64,000 nucleotides of DNA from a virus (lineage: Duplodnaviria > Caudoviricetes). Location: IMG/VR virus record IMGVR_UViG_3300033121_001619, positions 1 to 64,000 of that record, one strand, 5' to 3'. Positions 49,276 through 58,907 of the stretch are shown here, one piece after another. The position numbers and the translations under genes are program-made. The first letter of the stretch is position 1. Every line of letters begins with the position of its first letter. The notes under the pieces are model-generated. The model ran no database searches. It worked only from the letters and a program-made list of their open reading frames with translations, and was not told the DNA's origin.

Positions 49276-50752
49276 GTAACTTCACCAGGACCTTGCTGGC
49301 GTACTTCCCTTGATTCTTTCCGAGTTGGGCCGACGCGTTATTTGCCGTTCCTTTCTTGACCGACCCTGCGAACGAACCTCCCATCGTCGTGACGAGTTGT
49401 CCTCCGACGACGGTACCGTCCTCCGTCGTCACGGGCTGATCCGTGCACACGACGCCCTTGTCAGCATCGGGTCCCCCTAGACGAACGTATCCCTTTTCGC
49501 TCGGCGTGAAGACGATGTCTCCGTTCCTCTTTATCGTGATCGAAGCGAAGCGAGTTGGATCCGTCGACTCGTCTTTCCTGCCCGTGAAACCTTCCTCGGT
49601 GGACTCGTCGTAGTCGGTGACGATGAACGATATGTCGGATCGTGCTATGATTCGCACCTTGTCTGACTTCAGGACGATCCCAGCGTCTCCGTCGGCTGAG
49701 TCCGTCACATCGGGAAACGATATTTCGAACGACCCGTCGACCTTCATTCGCTGTGAGACTAGAAGACGACTCCTGTCATTCTTGAAATCTGGGTCGCCCT
49801 CCCTGGGCGCTAGAGCATCAGGCGACTTGTCCAATTCTCTCTTGAGAACGGTTCCCTTCTTGGATTTGGACGCGTCGACGAAGCTCGTCGTATCTGCTGC
49901 CCTTCCAGCCGTGTCAGCAGTGTAACCTCGGCCGGCCACGATATCGATCGACCCGGCGCGGCCTTGTTCCGTCAATGGATCGATATCGATCGATCCGGAT
50001 CTAGCGAAGCCAAGACTGATCAGTGTGTTGTTCGATCCTTCGAGGACCACGTCTGGAGACCTCTTGCGAAATCTCGGGACCGGTTCGTAGACGTGTCTCT
50101 TCTTCGCGGTCGTCTCTTGGACTATGGACTCGAATATGTCATCCTCATGACCGACGAGGATGCTTCCGTCTCTGACGGCAACGCGCTCTCCGTCGACTGT
50201 CGTGACAGGAGTGTTTCTCAACTCGAACCACGGGTCGGACCCATCTGACTTTGACTTGGAACCGGGATGGAACGAAGGTTCGGATGACCTACCGGGATGC
50301 GAGTGATTGACGTCGTCACTAGTGTGTGGTTCGACGATCCTGCACACCCAATACGCCACGTCGACGGTCCGTGCCGCTGGATTTTCCACGAACACCCAGA
50401 CCGCCTCTCCCGGTTTTGCCGGAAGAGAGAGACTAGATGGGAAAAATGGGAACACGAACATGGGCGGTGAATCGTCTCCGACTCTCTGACCCACGATCGT
50501 GTTTCGTGGAAGAACATTGACCAGATCCATGTTCGATACGCCCAACCTCTGCCACTCCTCGGCTAGCTCTGCGCGAGAGTCCGGACTCATGTTGGGATCG
50601 TCGACAACGTCGATGACGATCATTCTGACGAAGTGCGGTTTTTGAGGAGGGACGTACGTCCTTCCTGCGTTTTCCACGTTTAGTCGACCCTCGACGAAGT
50701 CGACGAGGTTGTCCTGAGTCGTTCGTCTATAGTCAGACAAGCGTAACCTCAC
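49193..50752 (-). CDS. baseplate hub/spike (gp5-like) protein
   Basis: PFFP..LSLPAKPGEAVWV...YWVCR, DVVLEGSNNTLI, IVLKSDKVRIIAR. Confidence 0.7.
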   Translation of the reverse strand: MRLRLSDYRRTTQDNLVDFVEGRLNVENAGRTYVPPQKPHFVRMIVIDVVDDPNMSPDSRAELAEEWQRLGVSNMDLVNVLPRNTIVGQRVGDDSPPMFVFPFFPSSLSLPAKPGEAVWVFVENPAARTVDVAYWVCRIVEPHTSDDVNHSHPGRSSEPSFHPGSKSKSDGSDPWFELRNTPVTTVDGERVAVRDGSILVGHEDDIFESIVQETTAKKRHVYEPVPRFRKRSPDVVLEGSNNTLISLGFARSGSIDIDPLTEQGRAGSIDIVAGRGYTADTAGRAADTTSFVDASKSKKGTVLKRELDKSPDALAPREGDPDFKNDRSRLLVSQRMKVDGSFEISFPDVTDSADGDAGIVLKSDKVRIIARSDISFIVTDYDESTEEGFTGRKDESTDPTRFASITIKRNGDIVFTPSEKGYVRLGGPDADKGVVCTDQPVTTEDGTVVGGQLVTTMGGSFAGSVKKGTANNASAQLGKNQGKYASKVLVKLHAQSASGGRPGWQWMYGPCRHTHTPWR

Positions 50753-51132
50753 TTCTCAAACTGCTTGTACAGGCTAGCTGGGTCGAAGTCTTCCTCGACC
50801 ATGGCCTTCGTGATCATCTCCGACAACTTGATGATCTGATCGTTGCACTTGTTCATTCTCTCTATGTACGAGGCTAGAGTCTTTCCGTGGACAGCGTGCT
50901 CGGTCGTCCTGTCTCCTATGATATCGACGAGAGCCACGAACAGGGCATGAGCGTTTCGTCGATCGAAGACGGCATTCTTGTAAGACTCGATCCACAGATA
51001 CTTCTGACTGTCGGACACGTTCGGTATGTTGGAGACGAGCTGGGTGAACTGTTCGACAGTCTCCTTCGTCGTCTTCTCGGCATCCATGTTGGCGATGGAT
51101 GCGATCTGATCGCGTGATGACGTGGTACTCAT
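50749..51132 (-). CDS. hypothetical helical protein
   Basis: coupled ORF between sigma and baseplate genes. Confidence 0.7.
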   Translation of the reverse strand: MSTTSSRDQIASIANMDAEKTTKETVEQFTQLVSNIPNVSDSQKYLWIESYKNAVFDRRNAHALFVALVDIIGDRTTEHAVHGKTLASYIERMNKCNDQIIKLSEMITKAMVEEDFDPASLYKQFEK

Positions 51133-51893
51133 TGCGAATCACCGGCAGAAGTGCCAAGGAAATCCAATCTTACGTACTTGTACTTCTTCTTGATGGTCTG
51201 CATGGCTGTCATCATTTGCTTCTGCGTGAGACCACTCAGCTCTCTCATGTACAGTAGCGTAGCTCTCTTGTTCAGGATGTCGAGGTCGTCGGCTCTCTGG
51301 AAGATCGTGATTATGGCATCGATACAAGCGATCTCATGATCAGTCTGCAACTCCGACCTGATCTTCTCAAGCATGTCAGGTATGGCCCAGGGAGACATCT
51401 CCTTGTCCGCCATCTCGTCTAGACTGGGACATTGGTGTAGTTCTTCGAGACGCTGCTTGTCATTCATCGTCAGACCCGACGGATCGTCAAAGCTGACTGT
51501 CCTTTTAGCGCGCGTGCTCTTTTGCCTCGATCTGACGATGAGCCAGTTCTTGGCGACGACGTTGAAGTAGGCAAAAGCCTTGGTGCCTCTCGACGCGTCG
51601 AACTTTCCTATCGTCTCAAACAAGAAGCAGACGCAGTCACTCTTGAGCTCATCATAGGTGTCATGCAGACCCGAGAATCGGTAAATGTTGATGAGGTTCT
51701 CGGCTAGTTTCTCGAAGGCCGGCATGATGGCGGTGATGTATATCCGCTCTCTTTCACGCTTGTCCTCCGTCTTCTGGTATTTGACGATGGCTTCGTGCGT
51801 CGCCATGCTGAAGTAAAGCTTAGTGTCGTCCGGCGGACTCTTGGATCGACGTATGACGCGCTTAGGTTTGTTGGGTGGTGTCTGACTCGTCAC
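51129..51893 (-). CDS. phage sigma factor, gp55-like (putative late)
   Basis: YF...AIVKY, KLAENLI, KFDASRGTKAFAYFNVVAKN. Confidence 0.75.
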   Translation of the reverse strand: MTSQTPPNKPKRVIRRSKSPPDDTKLYFSMATHEAIVKYQKTEDKRERERIYITAIMPAFEKLAENLINIYRFSGLHDTYDELKSDCVCFLFETIGKFDASRGTKAFAYFNVVAKNWLIVRSRQKSTRAKRTVSFDDPSGLTMNDKQRLEELHQCPSLDEMADKEMSPWAIPDMLEKIRSELQTDHEIACIDAIITIFQRADDLDILNKRATLLYMRELSGLTQKQMMTAMQTIKKKYKYVRLDFLGTSAGDSQ

Positions 51894-52173
51894 TGTAGTT
51901 CCTCACTGTAGTCGCGGCCTCCTGTATTGCCAGCATCGCGTCTCTCATGCACTTCACTGCTGTTCGGATTACGTAATCGTCTTGGAAGACGTCGTAGCGA
52001 AGGAGTCCTTCGATCTCGTCTCTATTTGACGAGAGACGTTGCTGGGTCGATTCTAGGTCGGCCCGCATGTCATTGACGAAATCATCCAACGATAGAGCTT
52101 TCCTGACGACGATCACGTTGAGGGCCACGGAAAATCCCAGAAGGATCACTAGCAGTACGGCGACATATGTCAC
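51862..52173 (-). CDS. small membrane-anchored coiled-coil protein
   Basis: N-terminal TM helix. Confidence 0.6.
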   Translation of the reverse strand: MTYVAVLLVILLGFSVALNVIVVRKALSLDDFVNDMRADLESTQQRLSSNRDEIEGLLRYDVFQDDYVIRTAVKCMRDAMLAIQEAATTVRNYSDESDTTQQT

Positions 52174-53378
52174 AGGACGTCACCCAGTGCGTTCGTCCAA
52201 TCTGTCTCAATCTTGCTCTGTGAGTACCTCTCTCTCAGCACAGCGCCAAAGGAGACGGCTTTCTCGCGAAACGAATCGTGACTGTTCCTGAAATTGACGA
52301 CGGCTCTCTTGAAGTCGTCCTCCTTGACTTCGGCCCACTTCGATCCTTTCGGAAAGATGTTGTCGACGCGTGAAGGATGGATGGGCTTGAGATCATACGA
52401 CAGAGGGACGTACGACTCGGCATCCAGGAAGTCGCAGTGTCCGGACCATCCCGTCGCTATGACCGGCAAGCCGGATGTAGCTGCCTCCAAGATCGGAAGT
52501 CCGTATCCTTCTCCTCTTGTAGCTGTCACGAGCGCCTTCACTTGAGGATGAACGTATAGCGATGCCACTTCGTCATCCGTCATGTCGCCGTGAAGAACGT
52601 GAAGCTTGGGAGACGAACTTCCTCGACGTACTTCGTTCATGAGACGAGTGAAACCGTCCACGATGGATGCCCGATCGATCGATGTGTTCCGGCCGGCGTT
52701 CGTCTTCAGGACGATGCCGACATCAGGATCTCCCGAGAAGATCTCGGTCAACCACTTCACCGTGTAGAAGGTGTTCTTTCGATCGTTCTCCGGGTTGTTT
52801 CCCGTTATCTGTCCGAACACGAGGAAATTGAACGGCGTGGAAAAGACGACGTCATCCATGGCGTTGTGAGATCTCTTGACGATGGAGTCGGAATACGACT
52901 CCGGGACGATCCTCGTCTTCTCTCTCAGAGAGACGACGTTCTTCCTGATAGATTCCGTCGTCCGGATGAGTGTGTCCTTGACATGTCTCGAAGGAACAAC
53001 CACTCGATTCATTCTCTCACACGCATCGATCCACGTCGGGTTACACACGTCCGTCTCCACTCCGGCCGTGACGCCCACATTGAAACGACCCAGACTGGGA
53101 TTCCACTCGTTGGGGAGTTGTACCTGTATCGTGACGTCGTAGTTGTTGAGAGGGGTCACGCTCCTCTCCATCATCTTGCCGATCAGACCTCCGCACGTCT
53201 TCGGATTGATGATCCAGGGTGTGTCTCCCCACCGCGTGAGCTCGAAGTTGACGTCGTATTTCGTTGGATCCAGGCTGAGGAGCCAACGGGCTATCTGGCG
53301 TGTGTGGACTCCGTAACCCGATTGCGTGATTCCTGGGCCACGTAGAAGAATCTTTCTCTTGGTGTTCATTGTCATCAT
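52170..53378 (-). CDS. glycosyltransferase (GT4/GT-B)
   Basis: SGYG, RKN, TRGEGYGLPILEA..GLPVIATGWSG. Confidence 0.9.
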   Translation of the reverse strand: MMTMNTKRKILLRGPGITQSGYGVHTRQIARWLLSLDPTKYDVNFELTRWGDTPWIINPKTCGGLIGKMMERSVTPLNNYDVTIQVQLPNEWNPSLGRFNVGVTAGVETDVCNPTWIDACERMNRVVVPSRHVKDTLIRTTESIRKNVVSLREKTRIVPESYSDSIVKRSHNAMDDVVFSTPFNFLVFGQITGNNPENDRKNTFYTVKWLTEIFSGDPDVGIVLKTNAGRNTSIDRASIVDGFTRLMNEVRRGSSSPKLHVLHGDMTDDEVASLYVHPQVKALVTATRGEGYGLPILEAATSGLPVIATGWSGHCDFLDAESYVPLSYDLKPIHPSRVDNIFPKGSKWAEVKEDDFKRAVVNFRNSHDSFREKAVSFGAVLRERYSQSKIETDWTNALGDVL

Positions 53379-54868
53379 CAGACTGTCCTCACGACAAAAC
53401 GTCCGTCGGTCCTGTAGTCGGCGATGGTCTTCTCTAGCGTCGTGTCCCAATCCCTCACGACGTTGTCGATGTTGTACTCTCTATGGGCACGCTCCATTCC
53501 CTTGCGTCCTAGCTCAGCCCTCTTGTCCGGACCCATCTCGTACATGTCCATGATGGCATGAGCTACGGTCTCGTTACTCACGTTATCCTCGTAGATGTAC
53601 GGCACGCTGTGATTTCCGATGAGCGACTTCACCTCGGGATTCAACCCTATACCGAACTGCTCTCCGGAGACAGGATCTTCGACTTGATGCGTCAAGCCCC
53701 CAGTCTTGAGGGCGATGACCGGACGTCCACACATCAGCGTTTCGAGGATGGGTAGTCCGAATCCCTCAGCGTTGCTCCTGTTGATGGTACAGTCGGCGAT
53801 GTTGTAGAGGACCCTCATGTTCTCGAATTGGATCCTGTCCTTGGAGAAAACGACACTCTCGCGAACACCTATGAGGTCGACTATCCTGTGAAGGTCCGTC
53901 CCCTCTGGGTCCATCGGATCGGTGTGCATCACGAGAGTCGCTTTCGTGTGTCCGTGCTTCTTCTGAAGCTGGTCAATGAACATCTTCCACGACACGATGA
54001 CGTCGGGCGTCATCTTGCGTCGAGCGTTGCGAGAGACGTAAAGACACGTGAAGTGATCGAGACGTTCACGACCCAACAGCTTTTCCTTGATGGACCGCGT
54101 CTCATCAGGGTTCATGGGATAATACAGCTCTTTTGGGACAGCGTGTGGGACGTAGTTCGTCTTCTCGGGGAACTTTTCCTTCAACATGTTGTAGGTCGGC
54201 ATGTTGATGCAGTTCAGTAGATCAGTCGCCTCATAGAAAGGTCGATTGAATTCGGGCCAGGGATAGTTGTCCCATAGATGCCAGTAGACGATCGGACACA
54301 CCTGGTGGATCTCGTCCTCCATCTGCCAGACCCACACGAAGAAGCGAGGGTCGGTGAACAACATCAATGCATCCGGCTGGACTTGGGCTATCGTTTTCCT
54401 GAGGAGGTCCCTGTCACCGAAACCATCGGTGGGTTTTATGATGAAGTCTTCGCTGACGACCTTCGTGTCGTAGTTGTCGTGCTTCATCGCGCCGCCGAAA
54501 CATCTGAATCGATACTTTCCGGTCGCGATCAAGCCGTTGATCAACCAACGTGCTTGCGTCGCGACACCAGAAGTGCTCACTGAGTTGGACTATATCATCA
54601 CCTACGAGAGGTGCTGGGCGCTGTCGGATCATCGCCATGTCGAAGACGAAGGCTGACCGTAGTCTCTGAACCTTCTCCAGGGTTTCCCCACAGGAGCTCG
54701 GCTGCTGATTATCAGCTGGCTAGGATTTTTCGGCCTTCACGTCTACCGTTTCCAGTTGCGTTGTGGCATCCTCGCCCCGACTTCCCAGCAATTCACCCAG
54801 TTTTACATCCGCTGAGCTGTGGTCGTTCACGGATGATCTGAAAGCATCAGTATCGTCTTTTTCCTCAT
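53378..54868 (-). CDS. glycosyltransferase (GT4), two exons: 54868-54829 and 54579-53378
   Basis: spliced N-terminus MRKKTILMLSDHPLSTSGVATQ; RNARRK, EGFGLPILE; 40+1202 nt = 414 codons. Confidence 0.88.
54580..54828 (-). ncRNA. group I self-splicing intron, 249 nt, no internal ORF
   Basis: P AATTGCTGGGAA, Q AATCAGCAGCC, R GTTCAGAGACTA, S GATATAGTCC; 5' exon ends in U, intron ends in G; IGS GCTCA-GCGGATG pairs with both exons. Confidence 0.92.
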
Positions 54869-55078
54869 GTTTTCCCAACCATCCTCTCAAGCGGGAATTC
54901 CACGAACCGGTCCTGTAGTCCGTCTCCCAAATGATATGGACATTATATCCATGGCTGGTCTGCTCGTTAACTCTACTTTCGTCGTAAGCCCATATCTTGC
55001 TAGCGGACATTTTTTGATGTGATGAAAAATGTGTCGGACACTTCGGTGGATTGCAATGCCAATAGTCACCGGTGAAAA
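54866..55078 (-). pseudogene. truncated Vsr/DUF559-like (homing) endonuclease remnant
   Basis: GDYWHCNP...IW.YD..R....GYNVHIIWETD; no credible start; more AT-rich than flanks. Confidence 0.7.
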
Positions 55079-55107
55079 AAGAAGAAGCCCGGATTCCCGG
55101 GCTTCTT
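55075..55107 (-). terminator. intrinsic terminator
   Basis: AAGAAGCCCGG/CCGGGCTTCTT stem followed by a U-tract on the - strand. Confidence 0.8.
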
Positions 55108-55134
55108 TCGTCGCGAATTGTCGCCGTCACTTCC

Positions 55135-55971
55135 TTACGTGCAGTGAGGTGTCTCCTTGAACTCACACCACGTACACGACAGACGATTCTTGAACGCACG
55201 CCTGGCATTGACGGACCCAATCATGTTGTTGACGACCTTGAGAGACCTTCCTATCGGGACCGGTCCCATGGAGACGTCGAATAGTTCCACGTGGGATCCT
55301 GGTTTTGCATTACGCTTCAGGATGACGAAGCCACATCGAACATCCGTTGGTTGCAATTGAGGGTTCTTCTTGAGCCAGAAATTCTTGTAGAGTGCTAGCT
55401 GGTATTTCAGCGTCTCATCTTGACGTTTTTCCTTGAACCAACCGGCTCGAGACGTCTTCCAGTCGAGTATCCACTGAATTCTCTTGCCTCGTTTGCCCGT
55501 CGCTTCTATGACGGCATCGATGAAACCTTTGAATGCATGAGGATGACCATCGATCGATTCGTACAGGGCATGCTCAGCGTCGATCGTTTTCCACTCAGGA
55601 AAGGTGGCGTCCAAGAACGTCGGCACTTCGTTGACTATCTCCACGGAGTCTTGAAGGGCAGACTTCAGGGAGTCGTCATTGAAGTCTGCGATGCCAGCCT
55701 CCGATCTTTCCTTCCATGTATTGCGAAATGACTCCTCTAGCTGAGCGACGTCGATGATCCGCGTCTTCAGGAAGTTCTCGAGACAGTCGTGCACTATCGT
55801 TCCGAATTCCAGCGTCGGATTGGGAGTGAACGACGACAGGCCTTTCACGTGGATGAGATTGTGTCTCCACGAACACTCACTCCACGTCTTGACTTCGGAG
55901 AACGAGACGTGCGGTTTTCCGGTCGGAAGGTTAACGAATTGACTGGTGTGCTCGGTCTTCTCTTGATCCAC
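55135..55971 (-). CDS. PD-(D/E)XK exonuclease (RecB/Cas4-like)
   Basis: VSFSE..W..C, FGTIVH, KGFIDAV, ILDWKTS, QLALY, CTWCEF...C. Confidence 0.85.
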   Translation of the reverse strand: MDQEKTEHTSQFVNLPTGKPHVSFSEVKTWSECSWRHNLIHVKGLSSFTPNPTLEFGTIVHDCLENFLKTRIIDVAQLEESFRNTWKERSEAGIADFNDDSLKSALQDSVEIVNEVPTFLDATFPEWKTIDAEHALYESIDGHPHAFKGFIDAVIEATGKRGKRIQWILDWKTSRAGWFKEKRQDETLKYQLALYKNFWLKKNPQLQPTDVRCGFVILKRNAKPGSHVELFDVSMGPVPIGRSLKVVNNMIGSVNARRAFKNRLSCTWCEFKETPHCT

Positions 55972-56528
55972 TCGTCCCTCATGAGTCCTAGGATGTGACA
56001 ATCGATGTATCGACCTTCGTCGTAATGGTGAGCTCTTCGGAGCCCCTCGGGCACGAATCCGATCTTCTTGTAGACGTGAATGGCGTCGTTGTGATCGAAG
56101 ACCTCGCACCAGACGCGATTGAGATTCATGACATCGAAGGCATAATCCATGAGGAGGGTGAGTGCCTCCTTTCCATACCCACGTCCTCGATGGTGACGAG
56201 ATCCGATGTAGATGGATAGCTCGGCGTGTCGGGCGAGCCAGTTCACGTAGTAGAGACCACAGTGACCTATCAGGGATGACAATCCAGGAATGATGGGCGT
56301 GAGATCACGAGGATCCTCATTGGGGGTCGTCATGTCGTGAATCTCGAAATCGACTTGGTTGGGATTACCCAGGACTAGCTTCTCATACCACGCATTTTGC
56401 ATGTCACGAGATATCTCTCGATGCTCCCTGAAGTGCCTTCGAAGTGTTGGATCGTTACGCCAACTCCTGAGAGTGTCGAGCGACTCTCGCTCGACAGACT
56501 TCAGACCGACTCTTTTACCGCGTATCAT
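55845..56528 (-). CDS. GNAT N-acetyltransferase (PseH/RimJ-like)
   Basis: LRSWRND, RGRGYGKEAL, N..AIHVYKKIGF..EG. Confidence 0.85.
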   Translation of the reverse strand: MIRGKRVGLKSVERESLDTLRSWRNDPTLRRHFREHREISRDMQNAWYEKLVLGNPNQVDFEIHDMTTPNEDPRDLTPIIPGLSSLIGHCGLYYVNWLARHAELSIYIGSRHHRGRGYGKEALTLLMDYAFDVMNLNRVWCEVFDHNDAIHVYKKIGFVPEGLRRAHHYDEGRYIDCHILGLMRDEWIKRRPSTPVNSLTFRPENRTSRSPKSRRGVSVRGDTISST

Positions 56529-57181
56529 CTCGCTATTCCTCTGACCATCTGAAACCTCTCGGCCCAAGACGTCATGATTTCTGACCCAGAAGACCTCATC
56601 TTGGCAGACAATGCCATCGTGGACCTAGGGTGAGGAAAGGACCTCAATTCATTATCGTACGCCTTCGTCAGGGCGTTCATCTTCGCCTGGACGTTCTCCG
56701 GGCTGAGGACGCTGTAGTGATTCGGGACGAATCGTCTCATGGGATCTAGGTCCCATTCAGTCGACGAAGGAACCTCGAAACAGTACACGCTCGAGGGTCC
56801 TCCTCTGAAGACTACGTTGCTGACCTCGAAGACGACCCGATGATCGACATTGAGACACGCCGGCGAATGAGTGTAAACGACGTCGGGAGTGTACTTCTTC
56901 TCGGTGAGAGTCTTCTCTACTTCATGTATGACATCGAGAAGCGGTATCCCATCCATCGCGTTGTCAGGAAACGGAAAGGCATCCAAGACTTGGAACCCGA
57001 GGATCTCTCCCGCCGTGTAGAGCTGGTGCCTCCTGTCTGAGCTCGAAGGACCACGAGACGCGGATCCATTGGTGAACGTCATGACGCAGACGTTGTCACC
57101 CCGCGAAGCGTGCTTGTGGATGGTCGCACCGCAACCAAGCGTCTCGTCATCGGGATGGGCGGCGAGGACGAGAACGTTCAT
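56525..57181 (-). CDS. PIG-L/LmbE family N-deacetylase
   Basis: AAHPDDETLGCG, VYTH, DHR. Confidence 0.9.
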   Translation of the reverse strand: MNVLVLAAHPDDETLGCGATIHKHASRGDNVCVMTFTNGSASRGPSSSDRRHQLYTAGEILGFQVLDAFPFPDNAMDGIPLLDVIHEVEKTLTEKKYTPDVVYTHSPACLNVDHRVVFEVSNVVFRGGPSSVYCFEVPSSTEWDLDPMRRFVPNHYSVLSPENVQAKMNALTKAYDNELRSFPHPRSTMALSAKMRSSGSEIMTSWAERFQMVRGIAR

Positions 57182-57894
57182 GCTCGTCTCCTGAAAACAG
57201 CGTCCGCCTTCACTGCTCCTTCTTCTCCTGACATGGAAGAACGTGTGAATTCGATCCTGTAGTCTCCGACGTCTAGGTACGCGCTTTGGTATCCGACGCC
57301 GTCGAGCATCTGTATGAATCGGTGGACCTGTTCGACCGACGTACCCGTCGTCGGTATGACGTTATCAGTCCTCCTTTTCATGGGAGGAGGACCTTCTCCA
57401 GCGGGGCAAGTCGCTCTCCTACCTCGAATTATCTCTTGGGCTTGATCGACTGCTAGTCTAACGATGCATCGCCAGATGTCGTCGATGGACCCCGCGAGAG
57501 TGATAGGAGATCGCATGTACACTGATCCCGTGTCGCAACCGTCGTCCATCTCGAACGAGCACACCTCTGACGTGATCTTTCCGTCGATGATCTGGTGTTG
57601 CAAGGGAGATCCGCCCCTGTACTCCGGAAGAGGACTCGTGTGGAATCCTACGACGATGCAATCGTCTTCATGCAATAGGTCGAGCGTCTTCTTTGGGATC
57701 AGACGTCCATACCGGAACACGAAGACGATGTCTATGTGTTCCGTCTCTCGAAATGGCCTAGGATCGAGCTGAGTGTGATCATCGTACCAGATGACGCTGT
57801 GCGCGACGTCGATCGTCTTGCTCCTCAGGGAATCGACGAATAGCTTGCTATACCTGTCGTTCTTCGACAGGACTACGACGTTGACGTTGGTCAT
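57178..57894 (-). CDS. sugar-nucleotide N-formyltransferase (Fmt-like)
   Basis: GFHTSPLPEYRGGSPLQHQI, DTG, IQMLDGVGY..AY. Confidence 0.8.
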   Translation of the reverse strand: MTNVNVVVLSKNDRYSKLFVDSLRSKTIDVAHSVIWYDDHTQLDPRPFRETEHIDIVFVFRYGRLIPKKTLDLLHEDDCIVVGFHTSPLPEYRGGSPLQHQIIDGKITSEVCSFEMDDGCDTGSVYMRSPITLAGSIDDIWRCIVRLAVDQAQEIIRGRRATCPAGEGPPPMKRRTDNVIPTTGTSVEQVHRFIQMLDGVGYQSAYLDVGDYRIEFTRSSMSGEEGAVKADAVFRRRA

Positions 57895-58907
57895 TGGATG
57901 TGCTTCTCCATGAGGATTGTCCCCATATCGAGATCTTGCACGAACTTCTTCTCCCCTGAGATGACTTCGTAGTATCTCTCGGCTGAGACGCTTCCGGGAG
58001 TCCTCGGGCGCATCGTGCTCACGTTATCGCGCGACACGACCTCGCCGGACGAGACTCTCCGCGTGGTCACGACGCTCCTCATCGCCATCGTCGTCTGTCC
58101 TGATTCCTCGGATCCCGTTGTACCACTCGACGACCTCGACCCGAAGGCCTTCTCGACGTCCTCGATGTTCCTGCACAGTCGGTGTAGTTCGTCAGGTTCG
58201 ATGGCGAATGGATGATCGGGACCCTTCGACTTCCTGTCGAGCGTATAGTGTTTCTCTATAACTGAGGCGCCGCACGCGACGGCGACGGGTGGAATGAGAA
58301 TTCCCTCTGTGTGATCGGATAGTCCCACTCCGACTCCCGGTGTTAGGAGTTTGATCATCGTGACCATGGTCCCCAAGTTGACGTCATCTACGGGCGTCGG
58401 ATAGGCGCTGTTGCAATGCAAGACAGTGACTTTGCGATCCGGATCGTCTCTCCGGAGTCGTGAGATGGTCGAGACGACCTGTTCGAAGCTGGATCCGACG
58501 CCGGCCGAGAAAATGACGGGAAGACCGGTCTGTCGGACGAGATCCATGAAGCGAGGATCTGTCGATTCGAAAGCTGACACCTTGATGATCTTCACACCGG
58601 CGGCGACGACGTCGTTCAGGGTGCGCTCATCGAAAGGCGTGCACATGAATTCGATACCCAGGTCGTCACACTCCCTCCTCAGGTCCTTCAGCCATGACTT
58701 GGGCAATTCGAGTGACTCGATCAGGTCAGGTATCGACCGATATACGCCGAAATCTGGCGTCTGGGGAGAGTACAAGGACTTCGACTCGTATAGCTGGAAT
58801 TTGACGGCAGACGCACCAGCTGAAGCCGCCGCCCAGATCAACCTACGTGCCTTCGCATAGTCCCTGTCGTGATTCGCTCCTGCTTCGGCGATGAAGAATG
58901 TCCTCAT
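57891..58907 (-). CDS. neuB: nonulosonic acid synthase (NeuB/PseI family)
   Basis: IAEAGANH, AVKFQ, CTPFD, LHCNSAYP, GLSDHT, IEKHYTLD, C-terminal SAF domain. Confidence 0.92.
   Translation of the reverse strand: MRTFFIAEAGANHDRDYAKARRLIWAAASAGASAVKFQLYESKSLYSPQTPDFGVYRSIPDLIESLELPKSWLKDLRRECDDLGIEFMCTPFDERTLNDVVAAGVKIIKVSAFESTDPRFMDLVRQTGLPVIFSAGVGSSFEQVVSTISRLRRDDPDRKVTVLHCNSAYPTPVDDVNLGTMVTMIKLLTPGVGVGLSDHTEGILIPPVAVACGASVIEKHYTLDRKSKGPDHPFAIEPDELHRLCRNIEDVEKAFGSRSSSGTTGSEESGQTTMAMRSVVTTRRVSSGEVVSRDNVSTMRPRTPGSVSAERYYEVISGEKKFVQDLDMGTILMEKHIQ

Noticed and set aside
49193-49278. C-terminal extension of the gp5-like ORF overlapping the next gene by 83 nt
   Set aside because: The protein plausibly ends at SKVLVK, where the next codon is TTA, one base from TAA; likely a lost stop or read error, with no sign of function.
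54720-55220. 166-aa ORF as a real gene
   Set aside because: It is a chimera of nuclease-gene overlap, terminator, endonuclease remnant, glycosyltransferase exon 1 and intron.
55135-55971. Cas4 / CRISPR system
   Set aside because: No repeat-spacer array or other cas genes seen; stand-alone PD-(D/E)XK nucleases are common in phages.
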